Shown: positions 30,153 to 39,791 of the stretch, piece after piece
How the letters are laid out: the number at the start of each line of letters is the position of its first letter
Numbering within the stretch: the stretch's first letter is position 1
From: Cyanobacteria bacterium P01_D01_bin.156
GTDB taxonomy: Bacteria > Cyanobacteriota > Cyanobacteriia > Phormidesmidales > Phormidesmidaceae
DNA: 64,000 nt
Direction: 5' to 3'
NCBI GenBank assembly: GCA_039024555.1
Contig: JBCCQQ010000021.1
Span: 22,454 to 86,453 of the forward strand
Made by a program: the position numbers and the translations under genes
Notes under the pieces: generated by a model
Told to the model about the DNA's origin: nothing
The model's input: the letters and a program-made list of their open reading frames with translations, nothing else
Database searches by the model: none

Positions 30153-31292
30153 GTGGAAGACTACTCAATGAGGTCTGCCTTAGCCCAAGCGGGTTATTTC
30201 TTAGACAATGCTACTGGAGCCGTTACGCCACCCATTCATCCTGCCACCACCTTTGCCCGCGACGACAATTATGAACTCATTGGTCAATACAAGTACAGCC
30301 GCTATCACAACCCCACCTACGATCAGGTAGAACGCCTGGCGGCTAAACTTGATAGCGGTGTTGATGCTCTGCTTTTTGCCTCTGGCATGGCAGCGATTAC
30401 CGCTGTTTTCGAGACCATTGAAATGGGGCAACACATTGTGGCTCCCGTGATTATGTACCATGGTGCCCAGGACTGGTTGCGACGAATTTCGAAGAAGCGC
30501 AATATCGGACTAACTCTCTTCAATGCGACAGATCCGGATGCCCTGCGTCAGGCAATTGTACCTGGTAAAACAGCCATCGTCTGGATAGAAACACCGGTTA
30601 ACCCCACCTGGGATGTGATTGATATTGCGGATGCGGCTCAAGCCGCCCATGAAGCAGGTGCTATCCTAGCGGTGGATTGCACGGTTTCTACACCCATTAC
30701 GACAAAAGCTTTAGACCTTGGTGCCGATCTTGTTTTTCATTCGGCAACCAAGTACTTCAATGGCCACAGCGATGTCTTAGCAGGTCTCCTTGTTACCAAG
30801 GAAAATGATAAACGCTGGGAAGAGATAACGTTTATCCGCAAACATGTTGGCGGTGTGATTGGCCCCTTCGAAGCGTGGTTACTGCTTCGTGGCATGCGCA
30901 CCCTATCGCTCAGATTTGAGCGTGCGTCTCAGAATGCACAGAACATTGCAGAACATTTTGAAAATCATCCCAAAATCGAATCGGTATTGTATCCCGGTCT
31001 TAAAAGTCATCCTGGCCATGAAATTGCCCGTCGTCAGATGATCAATGGCTTTGGTGGAATGTTGTCCATTTGTATCAAAGGAGGGGCTGCAGAAGCAAAA
31101 GCATTAGCGACCAAACTTAGACTGTTTATACCGGCAACATCTTTGGGCGGTGTTGAAAGCCTGGTTGAGCATCGGGCTTCTGTAGAAGGACCCATGAGTC
31201 AGGTACCGCCAAGCCTATTACGGTTCTCTATTGGTATCGAAGATGTTGAGGATCTCATTGCAGACCTTGCTCAAGGTCTAGACGCGATCTGA
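30153..31292 (+). CDS. Cys/Met metabolism PLP enzyme (cystathionine gamma-synthase/lyase family)
   Basis: YSR..NPT, FASGMAAI, ETP.NP, HSATKY.NGHSD, TSLGGVESL, R.SIGIE. Confidence 0.92.
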   Translation: MEDYSMRSALAQAGYFLDNATGAVTPPIHPATTFARDDNYELIGQYKYSRYHNPTYDQVERLAAKLDSGVDALLFASGMAAITAVFETIEMGQHIVAPVIMYHGAQDWLRRISKKRNIGLTLFNATDPDALRQAIVPGKTAIVWIETPVNPTWDVIDIADAAQAAHEAGAILAVDCTVSTPITTKALDLGADLVFHSATKYFNGHSDVLAGLLVTKENDKRWEEITFIRKHVGGVIGPFEAWLLLRGMRTLSLRFERASQNAQNIAEHFENHPKIESVLYPGLKSHPGHEIARRQMINGFGGMLSICIKGGAAEAKALATKLRLFIPATSLGGVESLVEHRASVEGPMSQVPPSLLRFSIGIEDVEDLIADLAQGLDAI

Positions 31293-31448
31293 CATTTGCT
31301 AATTTAGTCTCCTTAAACTGGCCCAGTGATCATCTACCTTTTGCAATACAGATTACGGATTTAAATTCGTTTCGTTTTTTGTAACTCAGAGGGCATGTAC
31401 GATTTGCATCAGCCATACTAGCGACCATGCCCGTATGGAAAGCAGCCT

Positions 31449-32423
31449 ATGGATATTTCGAAAGTACGATTATCGCACCTCCCACTCCCTCAAGATGCCC
31501 GTGACTATCAAATCCTTTGTCTGAGCCTATTTCTTGGTCTAGGCGTTGCCATGCGCGACTGGTCTCTACAGCCTGCCATTGTCGCCACTGCCATCCTGAC
31601 GGCCCTGGTTACCCAAGGGATGCTTTCCTGGCTGAGCTCACACAAAGGACTAGCTCTTTACTTCGAAAAAGTCATCCATGGGTTCCCATTTAGAAGTGGA
31701 ACCGCCGGGGAGGGGGCTCGATATCTTGAGCAAACGGTCGCCCCTCCTCTGCCTGCCACACCTCCCCTTCTAAAAAGGAGGACATTCAACTGGCGCAGTC
31801 CTCTCATTACGGCACTGGGGCTCAGCCTGCTACTCCGCACCGATCACATGGCTACCATGGCCTTTGCTGCCAGTATTGCGATCGCAAGCAAATTTCTCTT
31901 CAAAGCCAACAACAAACACTTTTTTAACCCTGCCAATCTGGGCATCATCGCCGCCCTTACCCTCACCAACGACGCCTGGGTCTCTCCCGGCCAATGGGGA
32001 GATGAAATTTGGTACGCCTTTATTTTCATCGGTGCAGGCGGCATAGTACTCAAGCGCGTTGGCCGTTGGGACACCACTGGCATGTTTTTAGTCAGCTATG
32101 CACTATTAGAAGCAGTACGTAATCTTTACCTCGGCTGGACCTGGGATGTATGGGCTCATCGGATGACGAGTGGTTCGTTGTTGTTGTTTGCCCTGTTTAT
32201 GGTGACCGACCCCAGATCGATTCCCAATGCCCGACCAGCGAGACTCTTTTGGGCATTGGCCATTGCAGTGCTCACATTTGTACTGCGCAATCAGTTTTAT
32301 CTCTCCACAGCTGTCTTCTGGGCATTGTTCTTGCTAGCCCCGCTAACCATTGTGCTAGACAAACTCTGGAAATCTCCACGATTCGACTGGAAGAAAAAAG
32401 AGACTTTAGTTTTAACCTCCTAG
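31449..32423 (+). CDS. RnfD/NqrB-like membrane protein, with an in-frame repeat insertion
   Basis: DARDYQI, SKF...KHFFNPAN, WVSPGQWG, FMVTDPRS; upstream of DUF2330. Confidence 0.85.
   Translation: MDISKVRLSHLPLPQDARDYQILCLSLFLGLGVAMRDWSLQPAIVATAILTALVTQGMLSWLSSHKGLALYFEKVIHGFPFRSGTAGEGARYLEQTVAPPLPATPPLLKRRTFNWRSPLITALGLSLLLRTDHMATMAFAASIAIASKFLFKANNKHFFNPANLGIIAALTLTNDAWVSPGQWGDEIWYAFIFIGAGGIVLKRVGRWDTTGMFLVSYALLEAVRNLYLGWTWDVWAHRMTSGSLLLFALFMVTDPRSIPNARPARLFWALAIAVLTFVLRNQFYLSTAVFWALFLLAPLTIVLDKLWKSPRFDWKKKETLVLTS
31681..31782. repeat. Palindromic dispersed repeat inside the RnfD-like CDS
   Basis: ggttccc..ggaaccg..gggagggg..cccctcc..cacctccccttctaaa..ggagga, matching intergenic 32471-32602. 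Confidence 0.75.
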
Positions 32424-32470
32424 AGGTTCTAAATAAAGCATAGATTGCGCCTAAAGGCTTGACAAAACCT

Positions 32471-32602
32471 GGTTCCCCTTGCGCTACGCTTTAGCGCATG
32501 CCCGGAGGGCTATAGGGGAACCGTCAGGGAGGGGTCTGGACAACTAGCTTTAATGACCGAAAACCCCTCCGCCTCCGGCACCTCCCCTTCTAAAGGGGAG
32601 GA
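32471..32602. repeat. Intergenic copy of the same repeat, with a nested ~33-bp insert
   Basis: Same ends as 31681-31782; extra gcgctacgctttagcgcatgcccggagggctat at ~32481-32513. Confidence 0.75.
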
Positions 32603-32691
32603 TCTCCCACAACACCTCCAAAACTCTTTCACAACTCTCTCTTCTCTACTCTAAAAATCTCATATTCTTACTAACCCCAGAGAAATCCTCA

Positions 32692-34167
32692 ATGTTTAAC
32701 CTGTTACGCATGGCCATGGTCGCCATCATCGCCATCGCCACCATAACCATCCACCCCCAACCCGCCCATGCCTTCTGTGGCTTTTACGTCGCCAAGGCCG
32801 ACACCGAGCTATACAACAAAGCCTCCCAGGTAGCCATTGCCCGCGATGGTAATCACACCGTACTCACCATGGGCAACGACTATCAGGGTGAGGTCAATGA
32901 CTTTGCCATGGTGGTCCCTGTACCCACCATCATTACTGAAGACCAGGTCAACGTGGCTGAACAAGTGGTGCTGGATCGACTAGATGCCTTTAGTGCCCCC
33001 CGACTGGTGGAATATTTTGACAGCGACCCTTGTCAAATTATGCGGCCCTTTGCAGAACCTGGATTACGACGTCTCCGCCTGGAAGCGACTGCTGCCGACA
33101 GTGCTGCAGCACCCGCATCGTCTTCAGCATTAGGGGTAACCATTGAAGAACAATTTTCTGTTGGAGAATATGACATTCTCATTCTCAGTGCCCGTGAATC
33201 GGATGGGTTAGAAACCTGGCTGCGCCAAAATCAGTACCAGCTGCCTCAGGGCGCAAGTCAGGTTCTGGCACCCTACATTCGTCAGGGCATGAAATTCTTT
33301 GTCGCTAAGGTGAATCTAGACGAGTTTGACAGCAGCGGATACCAGTCTTTACGCCCTTTGCAAATCTCCTACAAATCCCCAAAGTTCATGCTACCGATTC
33401 GTTTGGGGATGCTCAATGCCGATGGTGACCAGGACTTAATTGTTTATCTGCTTTCCCCCGAAGGCCGCATTGAGCTAACGAACTATCGCACAGTGAATGT
33501 TCCAACAGATATTGATCTACCGTTATTTGTACAGGATGACTTTGGGGCCGTTTATCCTGAAATGTTTCAGCGGCGTTACGAACAAGAAAACAAAAATGTT
33601 GCCTTTTTAGAATATGCCTGGGATATGCGCAGCTGTGATCCTTGTTCGGCTCCGGTGTTAACCCCAGCGGAGCTAGAGGCAGCAGGAGTGGACTGGCTGA
33701 ACCAAACTCCACAGCCACGCCTTCCTGGTACTGTGATTGCGCCTCCTAGACCATCTGCCATTTTTATCTCGCGGCTCCATGTGCGCTACAGCCGCGACAA
33801 ATTTCCTGAAGATTTGATGTTTCAAACCACCTCCAATCGTCAATTTTTTCAAGGGCGCTATGTCACTCGCCATGCCTTTACGGGCAGTCTGGACTGTCCG
33901 GCTCGCCTGCGGCAGGAGTATCCTGATGCAGAGGCTCGTCTCCAGCTTGAAGAGTTAACCGGGCAGGAATATCGCGAAATTGTTGACGATGTAACAGACA
34001 GAGGTAAGCAGTATCTTCGGGGTTTAATGGCCCGTTTTGAGCGGGAGTCCCAAAACCTGGCACGACTGACTGGTCAAGATATCCAAGAAATTCGCCAGCG
34101 CATCAGCGATGAGGTGCCCCAACCCACACCGTCGCCATGGTTAGTCCGCTATCCCAAGAATTCATAG
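32692..34167 (+). CDS. DUF2330 family exported protein
   Basis: AFCGFYVAKAD, FAMVVPVP, FSAPRLVEYFD.DPC, FMLPIRLG, CDPCS. Confidence 0.9.
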   Translation: MFNLLRMAMVAIIAIATITIHPQPAHAFCGFYVAKADTELYNKASQVAIARDGNHTVLTMGNDYQGEVNDFAMVVPVPTIITEDQVNVAEQVVLDRLDAFSAPRLVEYFDSDPCQIMRPFAEPGLRRLRLEATAADSAAAPASSSALGVTIEEQFSVGEYDILILSARESDGLETWLRQNQYQLPQGASQVLAPYIRQGMKFFVAKVNLDEFDSSGYQSLRPLQISYKSPKFMLPIRLGMLNADGDQDLIVYLLSPEGRIELTNYRTVNVPTDIDLPLFVQDDFGAVYPEMFQRRYEQENKNVAFLEYAWDMRSCDPCSAPVLTPAELEAAGVDWLNQTPQPRLPGTVIAPPRPSAIFISRLHVRYSRDKFPEDLMFQTTSNRQFFQGRYVTRHAFTGSLDCPARLRQEYPDAEARLQLEELTGQEYREIVDDVTDRGKQYLRGLMARFERESQNLARLTGQDIQEIRQRISDEVPQPTPSPWLVRYPKNS

Positions 34168-34286
34168 GTAATGGGTAGTGGAAATATACAGTAGGACCTA
34201 TCTAGGCAACTTTTTATGGGTGCCCTGATTACCCCATTGCAATCATCTCGCGCACGTCGATCAAGCCGCTAGAATAGCTAGAAATT

Positions 34287-36071
34287 GTGTCTGGCTATTC
34301 TATGGGCGTTCGTATATTTCGTAGGTGGACCTACTGGCTAATGGGCCTCGTTATGGTCGTGGTTACCGCTAGTTGCTCCCTAGACAATTTTCAAGTGCGA
34401 GATGCGGAATCATCGCGGTTAGTCTATAGCATCCTTAGCGATCCTAAAACCTTTAACTATCCCCTCAGCAGCGAAAGTCCAAATATTTTTGGACTGACCT
34501 ATAAAGGGCTGATTACTGAAAACTACGAAACCGGCGAAGTGGAGCCAGAACTTGCCGAGTCCTGGGAGTTTGCTGACGATGGCCTCAGCGTGACGTTTAC
34601 GCTACGGGACAATCTGCAATGGTCCGATGGGGAACCTCTCACTGCTGATGATGTGGTGTTTACCTACAATGACATCTTTTTTAACGAGGCCATCCCCACA
34701 CAGATTATCGATATTCTGCGGGTGGGGGATGAAGGCAGGCTACCGACGGTGACCAAGGTGAGCGATCGCAAAGTCAAATTTGCAGTGCATGAACCCTACG
34801 CCCCGCTACTGCGCAATACTGGCGTCAACATCATGCCTAAGCACGCCCTAATCGACACCATCACCCAGACCGACTCCGAAGGCAAACCCCTATTTTTATC
34901 TACTTGGGCAACCAATACGCCCCCCGGCGACATCGTTGGCAATGGCCCCTTCAAACTCAAAGCCTTTACCCCTGGCGAGCGCGTGGTGTTTGAGCGCAAT
35001 CCTTACTACTGGCGCACCGACGACCAAGGACAATCCCAACCCTATCTGGAGGAAGTTGTTTGGCAGGTAGTAGAGTCCCAAGACAGTGAATTTGTTCAGT
35101 TCCGTTCCGGTGGACTGGATCTAACCAGTGTCAAACCCGATAACTTTTCCCTGCTAAAACGGGAAGAAGAACGGGGCAACTTTACCGTCTATAACGGTGG
35201 CCCTGCCCCTGGCAGCCTATTTATTTCCTTTAACCTCAACAAAGGGTCTCGCGATGGTAAGCCCTTGGTAGATCCCATCAAATCCAAGTGGTTTAATGAC
35301 CTGAAGTTTCGTCAGGCGATTGCCTACGCCATTGATCGACCCACGATGCTCAACAATATTTACCAGGGTCTAGGCGTCTTACAGAATTCATCTATTTTTC
35401 CCCTGAGTCCCTATTCTGCCAGCCCAGAGAAAGATGGCATCCGAGCCTACAACTACAACCTAGACACAGCCAAAGAGCTACTGCTCACAGCCGGGTTCAA
35501 ATACGATGACGATAACCAGCTGTTGGATGCTGACGGTAATCTGGTGCGCTTTACGCTGCTCACCAACAGTGGCAATAAGGTTCGCGAATCCATTGGGGCT
35601 CAAATCAAACAAGATCTCAGCAAAATTGGCATCACCGTAGACTTTCTTCCCATTACCTTTAGTGCATTAGTAGACAAACTGCAGGACAGTCTGGACTGGG
35701 AATGTCACCTGATCAGCTTTGGTGGTGGCCTGGAACCCAACGGTGGCTCTAATGTGTGGAATCCAGATGGCGGGCTTCACACATTTAATCAGAAGCCTCT
35801 ACCAGGGCAAGACCCCATTGAAGGACGGGTGGTTGCCGACTGGGAAAAAGAAATTGGCCAACTGTACGTGAGGGGTGCCCAGGAACTGGATGAAGCTAAG
35901 CGGCGTGAAATCTATGTCGAGGCGCAGCGCATCGTCCAAGAGCAGTTGCCATTTACATATCTGATCAATCAGTACTCGATGGCCGCTATTCGCAACAAGG
36001 TTCAGAATGTGAAATACTCTCCCCTAGGAGCCTTATGGAATGTATACGAACTTAGCTTGGCTAAGGAGTAA
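34287..36071 (+). CDS. ABC transporter substrate-binding lipoprotein, family 5 (peptide/nickel)
   Basis: Lipobox-like TASC; DPKTFN, LAESW, WSDGEPLTADDVVFT, FERNPYYW; start may be ATG 34302. Confidence 0.92.
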   Translation: MSGYSMGVRIFRRWTYWLMGLVMVVVTASCSLDNFQVRDAESSRLVYSILSDPKTFNYPLSSESPNIFGLTYKGLITENYETGEVEPELAESWEFADDGLSVTFTLRDNLQWSDGEPLTADDVVFTYNDIFFNEAIPTQIIDILRVGDEGRLPTVTKVSDRKVKFAVHEPYAPLLRNTGVNIMPKHALIDTITQTDSEGKPLFLSTWATNTPPGDIVGNGPFKLKAFTPGERVVFERNPYYWRTDDQGQSQPYLEEVVWQVVESQDSEFVQFRSGGLDLTSVKPDNFSLLKREEERGNFTVYNGGPAPGSLFISFNLNKGSRDGKPLVDPIKSKWFNDLKFRQAIAYAIDRPTMLNNIYQGLGVLQNSSIFPLSPYSASPEKDGIRAYNYNLDTAKELLLTAGFKYDDDNQLLDADGNLVRFTLLTNSGNKVRESIGAQIKQDLSKIGITVDFLPITFSALVDKLQDSLDWECHLISFGGGLEPNGGSNVWNPDGGLHTFNQKPLPGQDPIEGRVVADWEKEIGQLYVRGAQELDEAKRREIYVEAQRIVQEQLPFTYLINQYSMAAIRNKVQNVKYSPLGALWNVYELSLAKE

Positions 36072-36455
36072 TCGATTGCCAATCCGTTCTTCTTACCTAG
36101 AAAACATGCGGGCAAATGCAATGGAATTTTAAGTTTCTTACCAAATTGCAATAGACCCTTAAGGTAATTGGATGTTCTGTGATGTGAAAGGACAGTAGTC
36201 GTCATAATCGGCGTACGTTCTGCCAAGCCTACTCCTTTGTTAGGTTCAGACTGAACGTTAATAATTAAACCGAGATCTAAAGGCTTCCCTATAAAACACG
36301 GCATAATCATTTTCAAACTTTCTAGCTTCTTGAGTAAACACCTATAAGAAGATCTTTAGCTATAGCTCAGCAATGAAACGGTCACGTCTTCTGGACAGTT
36401 GGCCATATCATTTTTAGCGACTAGACGTTTCGTCACCGACTTGATAACTCTACCT

Positions 36456-37565
36456 ATGGACGATATCGCGAAAGCCTATACCGTACTGGAGTTAGAGCCG
36501 GGTGCTTCCCTAGAAGATGTCAACCAGGCTTATAAAGACCTTGTATTCATCTGGCATCCTGATCGGATTCCGGCAGATAATGTGCGGCTACGCGATAAAG
36601 CTCAAGATAAGCTGAAGCGCTTAAATGAGGCCCGCAGCCATCTCAAACAGCATTTACGAAATAGGACAAAAGTGTCTGCCGGGCAGACAAAAACCAGCAA
36701 TAAATATAATCCCGAGCGCTACGGTAGACATCGCTATAATGCCTACAGCCGATATGCTCGCTCCCAGAGCAGTAATCAGGCTTCTGCTCCCCAAGGTGCT
36801 ACTTCAAGCAACGGCAGCTCAACGCGCCCTACCGGTTACAGCAGCAATTACCGGCCTAAGGCAAATGGCACAGCCGCATCTCAGCCATCTTCTAGCAGCG
36901 CATCTACACCCAAGAACTCGTCTGTGTCCAGTAACGGACATACCAATGGCCCATCCAGCCGTCCCACCACCACCAATTCGAATGGTAAAGGCTTTGCAAA
37001 TGACAAAGGCTTTGCAAATGGCAAAGGTTCTTCGAATGGGAGCACATCATCTCGTAATGGCTCTAATGGCCGTAGCACACCGCCCTATCGGCCTTACAGT
37101 ACCGTGCCGCTGCCTAAGACGGATGGTTATGCCGACTATATTTACCAGGTACCTCAAAGTGGGACCTATCAGCCACCCCAGTCTTCTGCTCCCCACAAAC
37201 AACCTGATTTAGAAGGCACCGACTTTAAAGGAGCCAATTTGAAAGAAAAGGATTTTTCTGGGCGCAACCTCAGTAAAGCAAACTTAGAAGGTGCAGATCT
37301 CAGCGATGCCTTTTTGCATAAGGTGAATCTTAATCAAGCGAATCTTCATAAAGCTAAGCTGTTCCGAGCCAATCTGCTACAGGCAAATCTCAGCCATGCC
37401 AACTTGCGGGAGGCCAATCTAATTGGTGCCGATCTCAGTGGTGCCGATCTCAGTGGTGCTGACCTTAGTGGCGCTGTCGTTGGCTATGGCAATAAGGTGA
37501 TGGTTAAACTTACGGCGGCTAGATTGACAGGAGCCATTATGCCTGACGGCAGCATTCATGAATAA
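36456..37565 (+). CDS. DnaJ-domain / low-complexity linker / pentapeptide-repeat protein
   Basis: J domain with WHPD; S/N/G-rich middle; ANL repeats; MPDGSIH tail. Confidence 0.9.
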   Translation: MDDIAKAYTVLELEPGASLEDVNQAYKDLVFIWHPDRIPADNVRLRDKAQDKLKRLNEARSHLKQHLRNRTKVSAGQTKTSNKYNPERYGRHRYNAYSRYARSQSSNQASAPQGATSSNGSSTRPTGYSSNYRPKANGTAASQPSSSSASTPKNSSVSSNGHTNGPSSRPTTTNSNGKGFANDKGFANGKGSSNGSTSSRNGSNGRSTPPYRPYSTVPLPKTDGYADYIYQVPQSGTYQPPQSSAPHKQPDLEGTDFKGANLKEKDFSGRNLSKANLEGADLSDAFLHKVNLNQANLHKAKLFRANLLQANLSHANLREANLIGADLSGADLSGADLSGAVVGYGNKVMVKLTAARLTGAIMPDGSIHE

Positions 37566-37566
37566 T

Positions 37567-37605
37567 TAATGCCTGAAACCTTGATGTTAGAGGCTTCAGG
37601 CATTA
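37567..37605. terminator. Hairpin between convergent genes
   Basis: taatgcctgaa...ttcaggcatta. Confidence 0.6.
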
Positions 37606-37632
37606 GCTAAGAATTAGTGAGGGCTTATCACA

Positions 37633-38013
37633 CTACCAATCATTTGTTCTAGTCCATCGGGCTTCTACGAAGTCGCGCATTGCTTCGTGGTTATCACTGT
37701 TGGGGCTAGACCGCATTTGCTGCAAAAGCTGCTTTTTGTGTAAATGAGTACGATTGCTAGGTTCTAGGGAAAGCAGGGAGTTCACAACATCGATGGCTGC
37801 TTCTGTCACCCCCAGCTCCATCAATAAATCGCTTAAAAGTACCAGTACTTTCACATGGCCAGGATTTTGCTCTCTAGCTTTTTCTAATAAGACGATTACT
37901 CGACAAATCATGTCTTCGTTGTCGTAGATACCGCACTTAACAGCCTTAGACCAACGGATACGAGCATCCCTGTAAAGTTCATCCGTAGAACCGGTTATTT
38001 GCCTAGTCAGCAT
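37633..38013 (-). CDS. Small TPR-like protein
   Basis: Helical pattern 'LEKA...NP...L..L...LG...A...L.LEP'. Confidence 0.7.
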   Translation of the reverse strand: MLTRQITGSTDELYRDARIRWSKAVKCGIYDNEDMICRVIVLLEKAREQNPGHVKVLVLLSDLLMELGVTEAAIDVVNSLLSLEPSNRTHLHKKQLLQQMRSSPNSDNHEAMRDFVEARWTRTNDW

Positions 38014-38098
38014 TATTTTGAAGTAAATTCCACCCTCTTAGAGACTGTCCTTACATAAGAACGGTTCCCGCTATTTGCTTTTTCAGGCTGGCCTCAGG

Positions 38099-38371
38099 TT
38101 ACACATCGTCCAAATTCTTCGCATCCCACTTTAATACGGATGCATTAATTCCCTGTTCTTGCTTACGTTTAGAATCCTTTTCAAACCACTGAATTATTTG
38201 CTCATTGCTCAGGGACTCTACGGAGGTATTCAAATCCTTGGCAATAAAGCTTAAGAGCTTAGCTGTGGAGAGGGTGAGGCGCGCTAAAAACTTCTCCGGT
38301 GTGGTCAAGAGTGCTTTATCTACATCAGCGGATTCTTCTGGTGTTAAAAACTGAAGGGTTTGGTCAAGCAT
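38099..38371 (-). CDS. Hypothetical protein
   Basis: Protein-like 90-aa ORF with ATG start, co-oriented with its neighbours. Confidence 0.7.
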   Translation of the reverse strand: MLDQTLQFLTPEESADVDKALLTTPEKFLARLTLSTAKLLSFIAKDLNTSVESLSNEQIIQWFEKDSKRKQEQGINASVLKWDAKNLDDV

Positions 38372-38402
38372 ATTAAATTCTAGAAAAAGAGTGTAAAAAG
38401 CG

Positions 38403-38493
38403 GGCGTTGCTGATCCTCGGGATGATTTTATCCGTCAAATCTAGGCAACCGACGAGTTTTACAGGTTGTTTCATTCCCTAAATCAGCAACGGC
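38403..38493. mobile_element. 91-bp MITE-like element, copy 3 (opposite orientation, diverged interior)
   Basis: ggcgttgctgatcctcgggatga...aaatcagcaacggc; same length as the other copies. Confidence 0.7.
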
Positions 38494-38518
38494 CAACAGT
38501 AATTAGATAATGCCTAAG

Positions 38519-39154
38519 CTACTTTTTTTGAATTCTGTAACCACAGAGATTTTCACCCCTCACTAGCCAGTGCGTGCGCTCTACCTGACAGTCGGGGAGA
38601 GCCACTGCAAACATGGCTAGCTCATGGCCGCAGACCGCTGGATAAGATTCGACGACGTGGGAGATGGCGCAGTTATATTCGGTGATGATGTACGTATTAT
38701 CATCGTCACCCTGGTGTAGCTCAGCCATGTACCCTTCGGCCTGGCGTAACTCTACCAGCTGCTTTACCCGATCGGGCAGAGCGCCATTGCCAAGGGTTTC
38801 GCAATAACGTTGGGCCTTACGCTGCCACTGGTGACGTAGTAGCGCTCCCACTTGCTCAGCCCCTAAATCCTCAGCAATGGTATCCAGTAAGGAAACGGCA
38901 AACTGATCGTACTGAGAAGGAAATCGCTCGCGTCCCTTGGCACTTAGCTGGTAAATATAGTTAGGGCGACCCATGCCGGACTGCATTGCCTGATGCTCCA
39001 CCAGCTCCTCTGCCTGCAAATCTTTTAAGTGACGCCGAATCGCCTGGGGACTCACCCCCAGGCTACTGGCGAGGGTTTGAGCTGTTGCTTGACCAGATTT
39101 CAGCAAAAACTGGAGGATGTCTTCCTTGGTGGATGGCTGCTGCACTGACGTCAT
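38519..39154 (-). CDS. sufR: Fe-S cluster biogenesis repressor SufR
   Basis: N-terminal HTH 'SPQAIRRHLKDL', GRP, EYNC...C.HE...C; divergent from the suf operon. Confidence 0.95.
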   Translation of the reverse strand: MTSVQQPSTKEDILQFLLKSGQATAQTLASSLGVSPQAIRRHLKDLQAEELVEHQAMQSGMGRPNYIYQLSAKGRERFPSQYDQFAVSLLDTIAEDLGAEQVGALLRHQWQRKAQRYCETLGNGALPDRVKQLVELRQAEGYMAELHQGDDDNTYIITEYNCAISHVVESYPAVCGHELAMFAVALPDCQVERTHWLVRGENLCGYRIQKK

Positions 39155-39207
39155 CGGCTTGCGATCGCAATATTACAAACTGTAACAGTAAATCTAACTG
39201 GTCCTAC

Positions 39208-39231
39208 TTTAACAACATACCTGTTGCTAAA
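39208..39231. promoter_or_regulatory. SufR binding site 1
   Basis: CAAC-ATACCT-GTTG (39213-39226) inside an extended palindrome. Confidence 0.85.
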
Positions 39232-39263
39232 GTCTGCCAGCTGGACTACTCTTTAGAAAAGAG

Positions 39264-39287
39264 TTAAGCAACACGCATGTTGTTTAA
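39264..39287. promoter_or_regulatory. SufR binding site 2
   Basis: CAAC-ACGCAT-GTTG (39269-39282) inside an extended palindrome. Confidence 0.85.
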
Positions 39288-39328
39288 TTATAGAATCATC
39301 TGGTTGTCTCAGCACTCTTCATTCCCCC

Positions 39329-39688
39329 ATGACCTTAAGCAAACCCACACAGGCCAGCGACAAAAACCTTGAGCTGATGCGAAATTTTGCCCAGAGCTAT
39401 GCGAAGCGCACCGGCACTTACTTTTGTGCTGATCTCGGTGTTACTTCAGTTGTGCTTGAGGGGCTAGCAAAGCATAAGGATGACTTTGGTTCTCCCCTGT
39501 GCCCCTGCCGCCACTATGAAGATAAGGAAGCTGAGGTTAAGAGCACCTATTGGAACTGTCCCTGTGTGCCTATGCAGGAACGTCGCGAATGTCACTGCAT
39601 GCTTTTCCTGACCGAAGATAATGACTTTGCCGGTCAGGAGCAAGAGATTTCCTTCGACCGTATTCGTACTGAAACGAATAAATATTAG
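39329..39688 (+). CDS. ftrC: Ferredoxin-thioredoxin reductase catalytic subunit
   Basis: CPC...CPC...CHC motifs. Confidence 0.96.
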   Translation: MTLSKPTQASDKNLELMRNFAQSYAKRTGTYFCADLGVTSVVLEGLAKHKDDFGSPLCPCRHYEDKEAEVKSTYWNCPCVPMQERRECHCMLFLTEDNDFAGQEQEISFDRIRTETNKY

Positions 39689-39791
39689 TTAGTTGCGAAT
39701 CAATTAGTTGCGACAGCTGTTGGGGTTGATGTTGGTCACCCCAGGTTCACACCGTTTGTTTTGTATTCTCTCCAACCTCTCCGGTTAAGCC

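Noticed and set aside
36987..37027. 18-bp tandem duplication in the DnaJ linker (KGFAND KGFANG); similar GGYAS duplication in the SbtA loop
   Set aside because: Ordinary slippage in low-complexity linkers.
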